A stretch of DNA of 64,000 nucleotides, from positions 70,197 through 134,196 of the forward strand of contig JBAZWC010000001.1 of assembly GCA_041660565.1 (NCBI GenBank). Direction: 5' to 3'. A program made the translations under genes and the position numbers. The stretch is from Patescibacteria group bacterium. GTDB taxonomy: Bacteria; Patescibacteriota; UBA1384; CAJBMM01. A model generated the notes under the pieces. The model ran no database searches. It saw only the letters and a list, made by a program, of their open reading frames with translations, and was not told the DNA's origin. Shown piece after piece: positions 55,701 to 64,000 of this stretch. Each line of letters starts with the position of its first letter. The first letter of the stretch is position 1.

Positions 55701-58700
55701 CCCAGTGCGTCTTTAACCTCTGAAACGCGGTTTTGAATATCGTAATAAATGTAAGTAGAGCTGCCGTTTTTATCCACATACCTGGTCATTTTTCCTGCTG
55801 GTGTGTACTGATAGGCATATAATCCACCCAGCGGGTCTATAACACTTGTTAATTTAAACGGCGTTACGGTGGTGTTATAAGAATATGTAATTTTTTGACC
55901 AAGTTGGTTGGTAACAGTTTCTAGCCGTTTGCCGGTGTAGGTAAGTGTTATAAAGCGCCCGCCATCCACAATTTTGGTGACATTCCCATTTGTGTCTCTG
56001 TTATAGGATATGGTATTGCCGGAAAGATCAACTCGTTTTTGCAACAGCCCAGTGCTAGAAAAGTAGGTTTTTAACCCGGATTTAGAAATAATGGCGTAAG
56101 TGTTGTCTGCGTTTTTAACTAAGTCTATGGAAAGACCGGTTGGGCGTTTGTACGTTCCATTTGCGTTCCTAGAAAAAATATCTACCGCGCCGGTGCCGTC
56201 TTGGTACATTACATTATCCGGGTCAGCAAAGTTTAGATACTCATCAAAACTGGCACGCCATCCTTGTCCCATGGTAGCGGTGGTTGTAAGTGGAAGTTGA
56301 TTATCGGTATCTAGCAATAAGCCGGTAATTTGTGTGTTGTCGGTATTCAAAAATCTAGCCGAAAGCGCCCAAGCAGATGAAGCATGTGCTACTTTAAACA
56401 TTACTTTATTCCAACCAGCTAAAAGCGGCACATCAACCGAGTCGCTATCTAGGGTAATGCCGCGCAGAACATCTTTAAGCCAAACCATGTTGCCGTTAAC
56501 CCACACCTTTACGCCATCTGCCGAGCCAATTTTTAAGCGATACGTTTTGGCGTTAAGAACATAAACATTAGTATACGCGTAAACAGTGGCGTTACTGTTG
56601 TAACCGGATTCAACTGAGCCAGCGCTAGCTAACGCGGCGCTAATATCTAATGCCGGCGTTGCCGATGAGGTTTTGAACCACAAGTTGCTAGATGAAACCG
56701 AGCCAACCGTTGGTTGTGCTGTGGCTTCATTAGCAATAAATGCCTTTGATAGCCTGCCGGCCTGATTGCTTTCGCGGTATGGGCCGTTAACTAGCCAACT
56801 GCGAATATAACCATTTGCATCTGGAACAGTTGGGGTGTTGGCTAAGGTAGAGTTATATGACCGCCCAACTGCCAGCAAGCCGGTGTTAGATGGCACAGTC
56901 ATATCTGTACTGGAATAAGCTACGTTTCCTGTTGCCAAGTCTATTGGCCCGGCTTTGGTGTAATATTTTTCATCACCTAAATGAATAGAGCTAGAAAGCG
57001 CGGGGTTGGTAATAGCTATTGCAATGTTTTTAGTAGCCACGTTTTGAGTTGAAAACCAAGTTTTGTTGTTTACCTGATACATATCTAGCTGCAAAGTGTA
57101 GTTGCCGGCGTTTAGTGGAGCTGGAACATTTAATAATATGTTTCCAGTAGCACCGTATTTTGCCACATCAGACTGGAAATTTTGTGGGGTGCCATTGAAA
57201 ATATAAGTTTGCCCGGCAGAATCAACCCAGTGATATCCGAGTTGAAACTGTCCAATTGGCCAATTTTGGTTACTCATATTCGTAACTGACATTGGCAAAG
57301 AAATGGTACTATTCGCAGTGGCGCTAGTTGGCGGGTTATTTAGGTTGTATGTGGCACCGTACGCGGGGTAGTCAATGGCGGTTAAGCTAACGTCTTTGGT
57401 GGGTACACCCTGTTCGGAAAACCACGTTACACCTTCTTGTACCATGTCCCATTTAACTGTGTAATTTCCGGGTATACTTGGAATTTTTACAGTTGCATTA
57501 AGAACTACTCCATCACCATGAGGGGCAATATCTCTTGGCAACAGCGTCCGCACGCCATCCCATGTTACTAATTGCCCCGCAGAATTATAAATGTGATAAC
57601 TTAAATGTGTGTCAGATTTTAACCATGTATTTCGTCCGGTGTTTTGCGCGACCACGTCAATTGCACCACTTGTATCAATTAATTGAGACCCTAAATTATT
57701 TGTAGAATATTCAGCATAATAATCACGATAATCTATTGTTAGCCGTGGTTCATATTCTAGCGGAGTGGTGGGGTCGTTTTCAGCCACCCATATTCGGTAA
57801 CCACTAGGATTTTCCCAGTCAGATTTAAATGCCAGTGCTCCGATCCATGATCCATTTTGGTTATGCGATTCAAACCAATATTTTAAGGCGTTCGTCACAT
57901 TCATTGCATAATTTGGACCGCTATCGCCATATTGATACCCAACTTCTCCTATTCCTAGTGGCTGATTATTCCAGTTGACAGTCTTTGAATTAAACCAAGG
58001 CACGAGATTGGCTGTTACTCCAGAGACGGAGCATATCTGTACACAGGCTTTTTGGCGGACAGTAAAAGTGGCGTTGATAATATTTGCGTCGGTTAGATCT
58101 GGGATACTAAACGGAATTAGGGTGCGTGTTAGCCCTTTGCGGTATGTCCCTTCTTGGTGATTTCCCACATACAAATTGGCTTGATCCCAAGTGCTGGTAT
58201 TTGGATAATACTGTTCAACGTAGCTATCCTCACCGTAATGCAAATCTACCACCACGGTAGGGTCAATTACTACCGGATAAACTCGAGCGGTGTCTGAAAG
58301 CCACTGCGCATCTGGGGTCATGGTCAAAACATAACCACCAGTTTCCGGTTCCAGCGCCACACTTATGGCATCGCTATATTCATTTGCTTCGGAATCTTTG
58401 CCACCCCGCGCGTCCCACATTGTCATTTTGGGAATATAAAATGCTGTTTTTTGGTCTTTGTCCAAAAAGCTAATTGACCCGTCATCGCCTTTTTGGGCGG
58501 TAACACCGGTGGTTTGCAAGTGATAAACAAAGCTGGTTTGAGTGGGTTTTTGATTTAGGGTAATTTCTTCTTTAACGCCTTCCGGGATAGCGTAATAAGT
58601 TACATTTATACCCGGTGTAACATTGCCGTAGGTAATTTGGTTATTTTTAACTGCCGTGCTGGGGGTAAACAGGGTGGAAAGTTGAAGATTAGATAGATTC

Positions 58701-59161
58701 AAGGCATTTGGTGCCGGTGCTGTGGCTTCTAGCGCAAAGCTAACCTCGTTGCCGTTGCTAGAAATAGAGACCGGTTTGTCTGATAGTTGGTTAGGCAAAG
58801 ATAGGATGAATGAGTTGGCGCCGTTTTTATATCCGTTGTCGGTGGGTAATAAATTATTATCAATTTCTTTCCATACGGTTTTGCCATTTTCGGTTGCCGA
58901 GTAGTTTATTGGAGTGGAATAAACTACCGCTTGCATTGTGCCATCCGGTTGTTGGAAAGTCTTGGAATATTCGCCGCGTTTATCAGTAATTTCTTGCGGT
59001 ACGGTGATGGGCGGTTTGGGGGGTAAAGTAAATTGAGTGTCAGATACCGGCGCGGGGGTTGGTTGTGCGGCCGGAGTGGCGGCAAATGCAGACGCGGGCA
59101 GATTGGGGATGGTAAACATCACCATCAGTAGGTAGATAAAACCCTTTTTAATTGACGCCAT
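52784..59161 (-). CDS. Rhs/YD-repeat protein (WapA-like) with C-terminal HNH-like toxin
   Basis: Signal peptide, YPVVIDPT, many TYTYD repeats, LYYMKARMYDP..GRF.SQDP, PLTHTDPSG cleavage motif, C-terminal HHIIPK..H. Confidence 0.92.
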   Translation of the reverse strand: MASIKKGFIYLLMVMFTIPNLPASAFAATPAAQPTPAPVSDTQFTLPPKPPITVPQEITDKRGEYSKTFQQPDGTMQAVVYSTPINYSATENGKTVWKEIDNNLLPTDNGYKNGANSFILSLPNQLSDKPVSISSNGNEVSFALEATAPAPNALNLSNLQLSTLFTPSTAVKNNQITYGNVTPGINVTYYAIPEGVKEEITLNQKPTQTSFVYHLQTTGVTAQKGDDGSISFLDKDQKTAFYIPKMTMWDARGGKDSEANEYSDAISVALEPETGGYVLTMTPDAQWLSDTARVYPVVIDPTVVVDLHYGEDSYVEQYYPNTSTWDQANLYVGNHQEGTYRKGLTRTLIPFSIPDLTDANIINATFTVRQKACVQICSVSGVTANLVPWFNSKTVNWNNQPLGIGEVGYQYGDSGPNYAMNVTNALKYWFESHNQNGSWIGALAFKSDWENPSGYRIWVAENDPTTPLEYEPRLTIDYRDYYAEYSTNNLGSQLIDTSGAIDVVAQNTGRNTWLKSDTHLSYHIYNSAGQLVTWDGVRTLLPRDIAPHGDGVVLNATVKIPSIPGNYTVKWDMVQEGVTWFSEQGVPTKDVSLTAIDYPAYGATYNLNNPPTSATANSTISLPMSVTNMSNQNWPIGQFQLGYHWVDSAGQTYIFNGTPQNFQSDVAKYGATGNILLNVPAPLNAGNYTLQLDMYQVNNKTWFSTQNVATKNIAIAITNPALSSSIHLGDEKYYTKAGPIDLATGNVAYSSTDMTVPSNTGLLAVGRSYNSTLANTPTVPDANGYIRSWLVNGPYRESNQAGRLSKAFIANEATAQPTVGSVSSSNLWFKTSSATPALDISAALASAGSVESGYNSNATVYAYTNVYVLNAKTYRLKIGSADGVKVWVNGNMVWLKDVLRGITLDSDSVDVPLLAGWNKVMFKVAHASSAWALSARFLNTDNTQITGLLLDTDNQLPLTTTATMGQGWRASFDEYLNFADPDNVMYQDGTGAVDIFSRNANGTYKRPTGLSIDLVKNADNTYAIISKSGLKTYFSSTGLLQKRVDLSGNTISYNRDTNGNVTKIVDGGRFITLTYTGKRLETVTNQLGQKITYSYNTTVTPFKLTSVIDPLGGLYAYQYTPAGKMTRYVDKNGSSTYIYYDIQNRVSEVKDALGNSSKLSYNNRSVDITDALGRKSNATFDQNNLLINFTNPKGYRQIYGNDGNYNVTTITPDLPENEYYYFNYTNTYDANDNLLTSKDPMDATTTNVYAGYDLVKTTDPKGNVTTATYSVDGRRLLLSTTDAKGNVDSATYDAKGHKVTVTDSKGAITKFTYTADGDVLTTVSPKLETSTFTYDTVGRKLTEKSAMGNTLTYAYDNLGRLTSIKDPAGITNRYEYDKNSNKLKDIDPKGNVTTYTYDKLNRQIKLTDAVGAITSTTFDAVGNVVKTTDAKGKMTINTYDELNQLTKTTDATGVPETAVYDRNGNITSATDQSGSTTTATTDKNGNATQITDKDGTTSVSYDKNDNVVQTTSTVKSENDTITYDKNDNVTAVQSNITGNNTLTYDKNDNVVTSAVSTATVATVYDANQEVSQVSTTLAQTGQVLTNILTKDAEGKLTAVKKPNGDTTSYTYDTSGRVKQVVNKYKAGAIQQQISYTYDANSNITTAIDSLTGTRTYAYDARDQLTGENGTTYSYDLMGNRTKKTTAAETITYAYDELGDANRLIKETSTVNGTKTYEYDKNGNVTKVTDSKNGITQYFYDADDYFIKAITPDNTTVEYTYNELTKQRATRTETSPTGVVSTTKFVYDGDKLVSETDAAGKMLRTYTWDEDENLSSVTIPDTNNNPQTYYYLKNGHSDITGLTDASGNRLVSYSYDAWGNVTVSTMGGPTPDSRAVPQPPAPQNNLDKLNPRLYAGYWYDSTIKLYYMKARMYDPSLGRFTSQDPVVADNTALGSNPYIYCNNSPLTHTDPSGKIIFLAPLIIYSPLILASLFYIANSPVMQCLIANDVSTVFDPNTTKTDKIIAGVGLVGDLTPVGGGSTTKTAANIAKTSTAVNTAKNVIKTESHHIIPKYLGGAAKAVRAIIPKEYHQQITNAFRAEVAYGKAAEYYRLLKQNDYSQWEKEVGEVIKKVYDKLPIDNFLKEIK

Positions 59162-59352
59162 TTTTACTCCTTTATCTTGTTACGTTAAAAAAAATCGCGA
59201 CAGTGCGCGATTCGATAATTTTAAATTGAAACCATGCTGCTCTCTGGCAATATACAGTAAACAAAGTTGTCTAAGTAATCTTTCAGGTTATTGTGGATAT
59301 TATTCATAACACCTTTGTTGTATTCTTATTGTTTACGCTTGTCAATACTCCT

Positions 59353-60354
59353 TTATAGTCCCATTGCGGATTTGACGTTGTCTAGAGTTTTGATGGCTTC
59401 TTTGCGGGCCGCAATAGTACCTTGTTCCAAAATATCATCCAATAAAGCGCGTTTGTTATGCAATTTAGCACGATCTCTAATTGGATCTAAATATTTATTT
59501 AATGCTACCGCTAGAGCTTTTTTGACTTCAACGTCTCCAACTTGGCCTTTGGCGTATCTGTCTTTGAAGTCGGCCACCTGATCTTTATTGGCATTGAATA
59601 AATCGTGATATATAAAGACAGGATTTCCTTCTACTTTACCCGGGTCGGTTTTGCGGATTCTATTTGGGTCGGTGTACATAGACATCACTTTTTTGGTGAC
59701 TACCTCGGGATCGTCAAGCAAACCAATGGCATTGCCCAGGCTTTTGCTCATTTTGGCATTGCCGTCTGTGCCAATTAGGGTGGCGGTGTTAGACAGTAGT
59801 GCTTTTGGTTCTGGTAAAGTATTACCGTACATTTGATTAAACCGAGCGGCAATTTCACGCGTCACTTCTAGGTGGCTAGACTGATCAACACCAACCGGCA
59901 CCGTGTCTGCACCAACCATTAATATATCGGATGCCATTAAAACCGGATATTCCAGCAAACCAAGCGAGGCGTTGGTGATATGTAAATTGTCCATTTGTTC
60001 TTTTAATGTGGGCACGCGCTCTAATCTCGCTACCGAAATTATCATACTAAGTATGACAAATAGCTCGCACACCTCTGGAATGGCGGATTGGCGATAGATG
60101 GTTACTTTGTGTGGATCTAGCCCAACTGCCAAATAGGTGAGTACTTGGTTGCGGATGCGATCTTGGATATCGGCAATTTCGGATTTTTGTGATTTAGTAG
60201 TGAGCGAATGCAGATCCGCTACGATGATAAATGTTTGATATTTGTCTTGTAGCTCAACTCGTTTTTGTAACGACCCGACTAAATGTCCCAGGTGCAGCGC
60301 GCCGGTGGGACGATCACCAGTTAGAATTCTGTTTGGTTTAAGATTATTTTCCAT
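59353..60354 (-). CDS. trpS: Tryptophanyl-tRNA synthetase
   Basis: TGDRPTG.LHLGH, YPVL..DI, VPVG.DQ and KMSKS motifs. Confidence 0.97.
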   Translation of the reverse strand: MENNLKPNRILTGDRPTGALHLGHLVGSLQKRVELQDKYQTFIIVADLHSLTTKSQKSEIADIQDRIRNQVLTYLAVGLDPHKVTIYRQSAIPEVCELFVILSMIISVARLERVPTLKEQMDNLHITNASLGLLEYPVLMASDILMVGADTVPVGVDQSSHLEVTREIAARFNQMYGNTLPEPKALLSNTATLIGTDGNAKMSKSLGNAIGLLDDPEVVTKKVMSMYTDPNRIRKTDPGKVEGNPVFIYHDLFNANKDQVADFKDRYAKGQVGDVEVKKALAVALNKYLDPIRDRAKLHNKRALLDDILEQGTIAARKEAIKTLDNVKSAMGL

Positions 60355-60651
60355 ACCTTGATGGTATCAGAAAAATGATTTTTCGACAAAAATACTGAAA
60401 TTTTTGGGCAAGAATTTGAAATTTGAAATTTACAATTTGAAATGATGGAGGGAGCTCATTCTTTAATTTCTCCCTCCTTCGCTCATCCTAGATTCGGAAC
60501 GGCACAGCGGGCGGAACGCTGAGCGTCCCATTGCCCCGCTCAGCGGGGCGGACATCCCCCTTCGCCACCTCCTACGCTAAAGCTTCGGAAGGTCAAGAAG
60601 GCTACGGAGGACAAGCATGGGTCCGCCCCTACTTAGGTCGTGAAAGTTATC

Positions 60652-61419
60652 TTACTTCAATGTCTTTTTGAATGATCCTAGGGTAAGAAAGATCATAATC
60701 ACAAAGAATATTCCGGCTACGGCAAAACCTTGCCAGATAGACGGATCGCCCCAACCACGAATAAACAACCCTCGCACGCCTTCAATTACATAGGTAACCG
60801 GGTTCAGGGTAACCAATTTGGCATAAGAGGCGGGGAGTAAATCTTTGGGCATTTGCGAGGTGGTTAAATATAGAAACGGAAAAACCAGCACAAACATTGA
60901 TTGCACTAACCTTGGGTTACCGGTTCTAAGGGCAATTACCATACTAATACAAGACCAGCCCATGGCAAAGATAATCATCATGGCAAAAATGGCTAAAATA
61001 CCCAAGAATCCGGTGCTTGGCGTTACCCCAATCGCCAAAAGTAAGATTAAGACAATCAAGCCCTGAATAATCGCCTGTACTGCCACTTCTGTCAGCTTTG
61101 ATAGAATAATGGCAAGGTGATTGATGGGCATAATGGTCAATTTTTTGAAATATCCGGACGAAATATCCACTACCAATTCGATGCCGGCGTTTCCGGCGGA
61201 AAAGAAGATGGCGGTAAACAACGCTACCGGCGCAATGAATTTTAGATATGAATCAGACGGGAATCCGGGGATAAGCGATACCGATTTGAACGCAGCCGAG
61301 TTTACGGCAAAGAAAAATACCGGTATAAATAGCGACGGAATTAACGCCAGTAGGGGACGCCAGATTTGTTTGATGTTGCGGATTGATAAATAATACCAAT
61401 CGGATAGAAAATAATTCAT
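60652..61419 (-). CDS. ABC-2 type exporter permease
   Basis: Six TM helices; NPVTYVIEGVR. Confidence 0.9.
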   Translation of the reverse strand: MNYFLSDWYYLSIRNIKQIWRPLLALIPSLFIPVFFFAVNSAAFKSVSLIPGFPSDSYLKFIAPVALFTAIFFSAGNAGIELVVDISSGYFKKLTIMPINHLAIILSKLTEVAVQAIIQGLIVLILLLAIGVTPSTGFLGILAIFAMMIIFAMGWSCISMVIALRTGNPRLVQSMFVLVFPFLYLTTSQMPKDLLPASYAKLVTLNPVTYVIEGVRGLFIRGWGDPSIWQGFAVAGIFFVIMIFLTLGSFKKTLK

Positions 61420-62207
61420 GATCTTGCCCTCGAATACGGATCAACCGCTTTTGTATTCACTTCTTCATCTAAAAATGTTTTGCCAGTGGTGGCTAGAAAT
61501 ACCTCTTCCAGAGATTTGGTTTTATGCTTGGATAATAATTCGGGGATAGTGCCCTCGGTTACGATGTGCCCGCTGTCCATAATGGCTACCCGTTCACACA
61601 ACTCCTCGGCTTCTTCCATAAAGTGAGTGGTTAAAAAGATGGTCATACCGGCTTTATTTAGATTGCGCAGGTGTTGCCAGATTAACTGCCGAGCGTGCGG
61701 GTCTAACCCAACTGTTGGTTCGTCAAGAAACAGCACTTTTGGCTTGTGTAGCAAAGCTAACGCTAAGTCAAATCTGCGGCGCATTCCGCCAGAGTAGGTG
61801 GCGGTGTATTTGTCAGCCACTTTTTCTAACTCAACCAGCTTTAGTAGCTCCTTAATCTGTTTATTTATCTCGGCAGGCGGGAGGTGATAAAGCCGTCCGT
61901 GTAGTTGCAGCATTTCCCGTGCAGTAGCGGTTTCATCTAACCCAACTTCTTGCATTGCAAAACCAACTAATTTATAAATCTCTTTTTCGTTTTCGGATAC
62001 TTCTAGATTATCTATTTTGACCGATCCGCTGGTTTTTTTAACCAGATTGACCAGCATATTGATGGTAGTGGTTTTCCCAGCCCCGTTTGGACCCAGAAAA
62101 CCAAAAAACTCTCCTTCTCTGACTTCAAACGAAATGTTGTCCACTGCGTTTTTGTCGGATTTGGGGTAGTGTTTGACCAGATTTTTAACTTCGATTATGT
62201 TTGCCAA
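61416..62207 (-). CDS. ABC exporter ATP-binding protein (DrrA-like)
   Basis: GPNGAGKTT, YSGGMRRR, LDEPT and TTH motifs. Confidence 0.95.
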   Translation of the reverse strand: MANIIEVKNLVKHYPKSDKNAVDNISFEVREGEFFGFLGPNGAGKTTTINMLVNLVKKTSGSVKIDNLEVSENEKEIYKLVGFAMQEVGLDETATAREMLQLHGRLYHLPPAEINKQIKELLKLVELEKVADKYTATYSGGMRRRFDLALALLHKPKVLFLDEPTVGLDPHARQLIWQHLRNLNKAGMTIFLTTHFMEEAEELCERVAIMDSGHIVTEGTIPELLSKHKTKSLEEVFLATTGKTFLDEEVNTKAVDPYSRARS

Positions 62208-62545
62208 TTTAATCCCTTCTTTAATTTATTCTAAGCATAGATTAATGTGGGTTACAGTAGCGTTTGGCTATTGTACCAATCCCGGTCAAGATGGTCAAGT
62301 AGGTTTGACACGTGAATTAAGAAACCTATTAAGTGAGCTAATGTTTCACTCTTGTCATCTCGACTCCTCGAGCTTTGTCTCGAGGGTGGAGAGATCTCAA
62401 GAAAGACTGGAAAAGATTCTTTCTCAGATTTCTCCAACGCAGTCGATTTGACAATCTCCTCGGGTCGAAATGACAATAGAAGTCTTTGGACTCACGTGCG
62501 GTAACTGGTCATATTTGCTATAATCAATTTGAACAAGGAGCTAGT

Positions 62546-62956
62546 TTGATTAATTTGACGATGTATTCCGATGGGGGATCGCGCGGTAACCCCGGGCCGG
62601 CGGCGTGTGGCGTGGTAATTTTTGGCCAAAATCAAGATGAATTGCATCGCATTGCAAAAACTATTGGCGTCACTACCAATAATCAGGCCGAATATCAGGC
62701 ATTGGTAATGGGCTTGGAATGGGCGCTGTCTGAGTATGGCCAGGCAGAGGTGTTATGTCGGCTTGATTCCGAATTGGTAGTTAAGCAGCTTAAAGGTGAA
62801 TATAAGATGAAAAATGCCGAGCTAAGGCCATGGTATGACAAAATCATACTATTACAAGCACAACTTGGCGGAAAAATTACATTTCAACATGTTCCGCGCG
62901 AGCAAAATAAAATTGCAGATAAATTAGTTAACCAAGCATTAGATGGACAAATCTAA
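62546..62956 (+). CDS. rnhA: Ribonuclease HI (archaeal/actinobacterial type)
   Basis: DGGSRGNPG, TNNQAEY, DSELVV.Q, HVPREQN..AD; TTG start after AAGGAG. Confidence 0.92.
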   Translation: MINLTMYSDGGSRGNPGPAACGVVIFGQNQDELHRIAKTIGVTTNNQAEYQALVMGLEWALSEYGQAEVLCRLDSELVVKQLKGEYKMKNAELRPWYDKIILLQAQLGGKITFQHVPREQNKIADKLVNQALDGQI

Positions 62957-63176
62957 CCAAAAAATTTTAGTTAAAGTAATGCCGTTTGCAAAGTCTGTTC
63001 GAGTAGAGCCGATTTTGGGTGGGTTAAAAATATGGTTAACCGCCAAACCGGTAGATGGTGAAGCAAACAAGCAGCTAATCGAAGTTTTGGCGGATTATTT
63101 GCAGGTGCCAAAATCGGCCATTCAAATTAAATCCGGAGAAAATGGCCGAACAAAGTTGATCATCGTCACAAAATAA
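62943..63176 (+). CDS. DUF167/YggU family protein
   Basis: VKV.P.AK..L.A.PVDGEAN..L...LA..L.VPKS.I.I.SG...R.K. Confidence 0.9.
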   Translation: MDKSNQKILVKVMPFAKSVRVEPILGGLKIWLTAKPVDGEANKQLIEVLADYLQVPKSAIQIKSGENGRTKLIIVTK

Positions 63177-63235
63177 TACGCCTCTATCCTAATCGATCTG
63201 ATTTTGCTAGAATTAGACCAGATTAAGGAAATATT

Positions 63236-64000
63236 ATGTTTAAATCGGTTGATCCCAAAGTTAGTTTTCCGTCTCTTGAGGAAGAGATTCTAAAATATTG
63301 GGATACGGAAAAGATTTTTGAAAAGGTTCAGGCAAAAAACAAAGACGGTAAACCGTACGTCTTTTTTGAAGGTCCGCCAACTGCCAATGCCAAACCGGGT
63401 ATCCATCACGTTGAATCACGGGTGTTTAAGGATTTGTTCCCGCGTTATAAATCGATGCAGGGGAGATTTGTTGACAGGAAAGCCGGTTGGGATACTCAAG
63501 GGTTGCCGGTTGAGTTGCAGGTGGAAAAAAAGCTTGGGCTAAAAAATAAAAAAGAAATTGAAGCGTTTGGTATCGCCAAATTTAATGCCGAATGTCAAAA
63601 AGACGTTTGGACCTTTATGCAGGATTGGGAAAAACTAACCAAACGAATTGGCTTTTGGCTCGATCTTAATCACCCTTACATTACTTACACTAACGAGTAT
63701 ATTGAATCGGTTTGGGCGGTCATAAAAGCGGCGTCAGAGCAAACCGACGGGCTTGGCCAGCCGTTATTGTATCAAGGATACAAGGTGGTGCCGTATTGTA
63801 CTCGTTGTGGAACAGCGTTATCTAGTCACGAAGTGGCGCAGGGCTACAAACTGGTGAACGAAAACTCAGTATTTATTAAATTTAAGCTTACTGAAAAATT
63901 ACAAGGCAAAGCAGCCTTTGTGATAGGCTGGACCACCACTCCATGGACGTTGCCCGGGAACGTTGCCTTAGCGGTCGGTCAAGATATCGACTACGCAGTA
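63236..64000 (+). CDS. ileS: Isoleucyl-tRNA synthetase type 2, 3' truncated (not in the ORF track)
   Basis: Hand translation MFKSVDPK..EGPPTANAKPGIHH..KD..GWDTQGLPVE..WTTTPWTLPGN. Confidence 0.95.
   Translation, partial: MFKSVDPKVSFPSLEEEILKYWDTEKIFEKVQAKNKDGKPYVFFEGPPTANAKPGIHHVESRVFKDLFPRYKSMQGRFVDRKAGWDTQGLPVELQVEKKLGLKNKKEIEAFGIAKFNAECQKDVWTFMQDWEKLTKRIGFWLDLNHPYITYTNEYIESVWAVIKAASEQTDGLGQPLLYQGYKVVPYCTRCGTALSSHEVAQGYKLVNENSVFIKFKLTEKLQGKAAFVIGWTTTPWTLPGNVALAVGQDIDYAV

Noticed and set aside
35639-62476. ORFs 35639..35962, 40668..41153, 44830..45117, 62173..62451 and 62252..62476
   Set aside because: Largely translations of palindromic repeat DNA

Overview
Bacterial chromosome segment, most consistent with a Patescibacteria (CPR) genome. 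This is an inference from the compact housekeeping genes, a monoderm-type type IV pilus cluster without pilQ, and CPR-style hypothetical proteins. TGA is used as a stop codon. Ordinary content: argS (3' end), rpmB, holB-like gene, tRNA-Thr/Tyr/Thr, dCMP deaminase, rpmG, transketolase, NRAMP transporter, a large type IV pilus locus, typA, an Rhs toxin with candidate immunity genes, trpS, an ABC-2 exporter, RNase HI and ileS (5' end). The most unusual region is about 13.4-19.2 kb. A strong promoter drives an approximately 480-nt structured non-coding leader ending in a boxA-like motif. It is followed by five co-oriented, unrelated GC-rich ORFans. Each ORFan has a modular structured 5' leader, four of which cage the RBS, and each is followed by a GC hairpin. 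After cassettes 1-4 this hairpin is followed by a conserved 41-42 nt stem-loop. After cassette 5 the same slot holds a complete type III hammerhead ribozyme, which suggests an RNA-processed gene-cassette array. Other oddities: a tRNA-Pro split around a GIY-YIG gene and a second intact tRNA-Pro; a non-canonical tRNA-Trp; a 6S-like RNA; and several families of small palindromic elements that nest inside each other, in tRNA anticodon loops, and in-frame inside tkt and pilB. All RNA structures were folded by eye and no database search was run.
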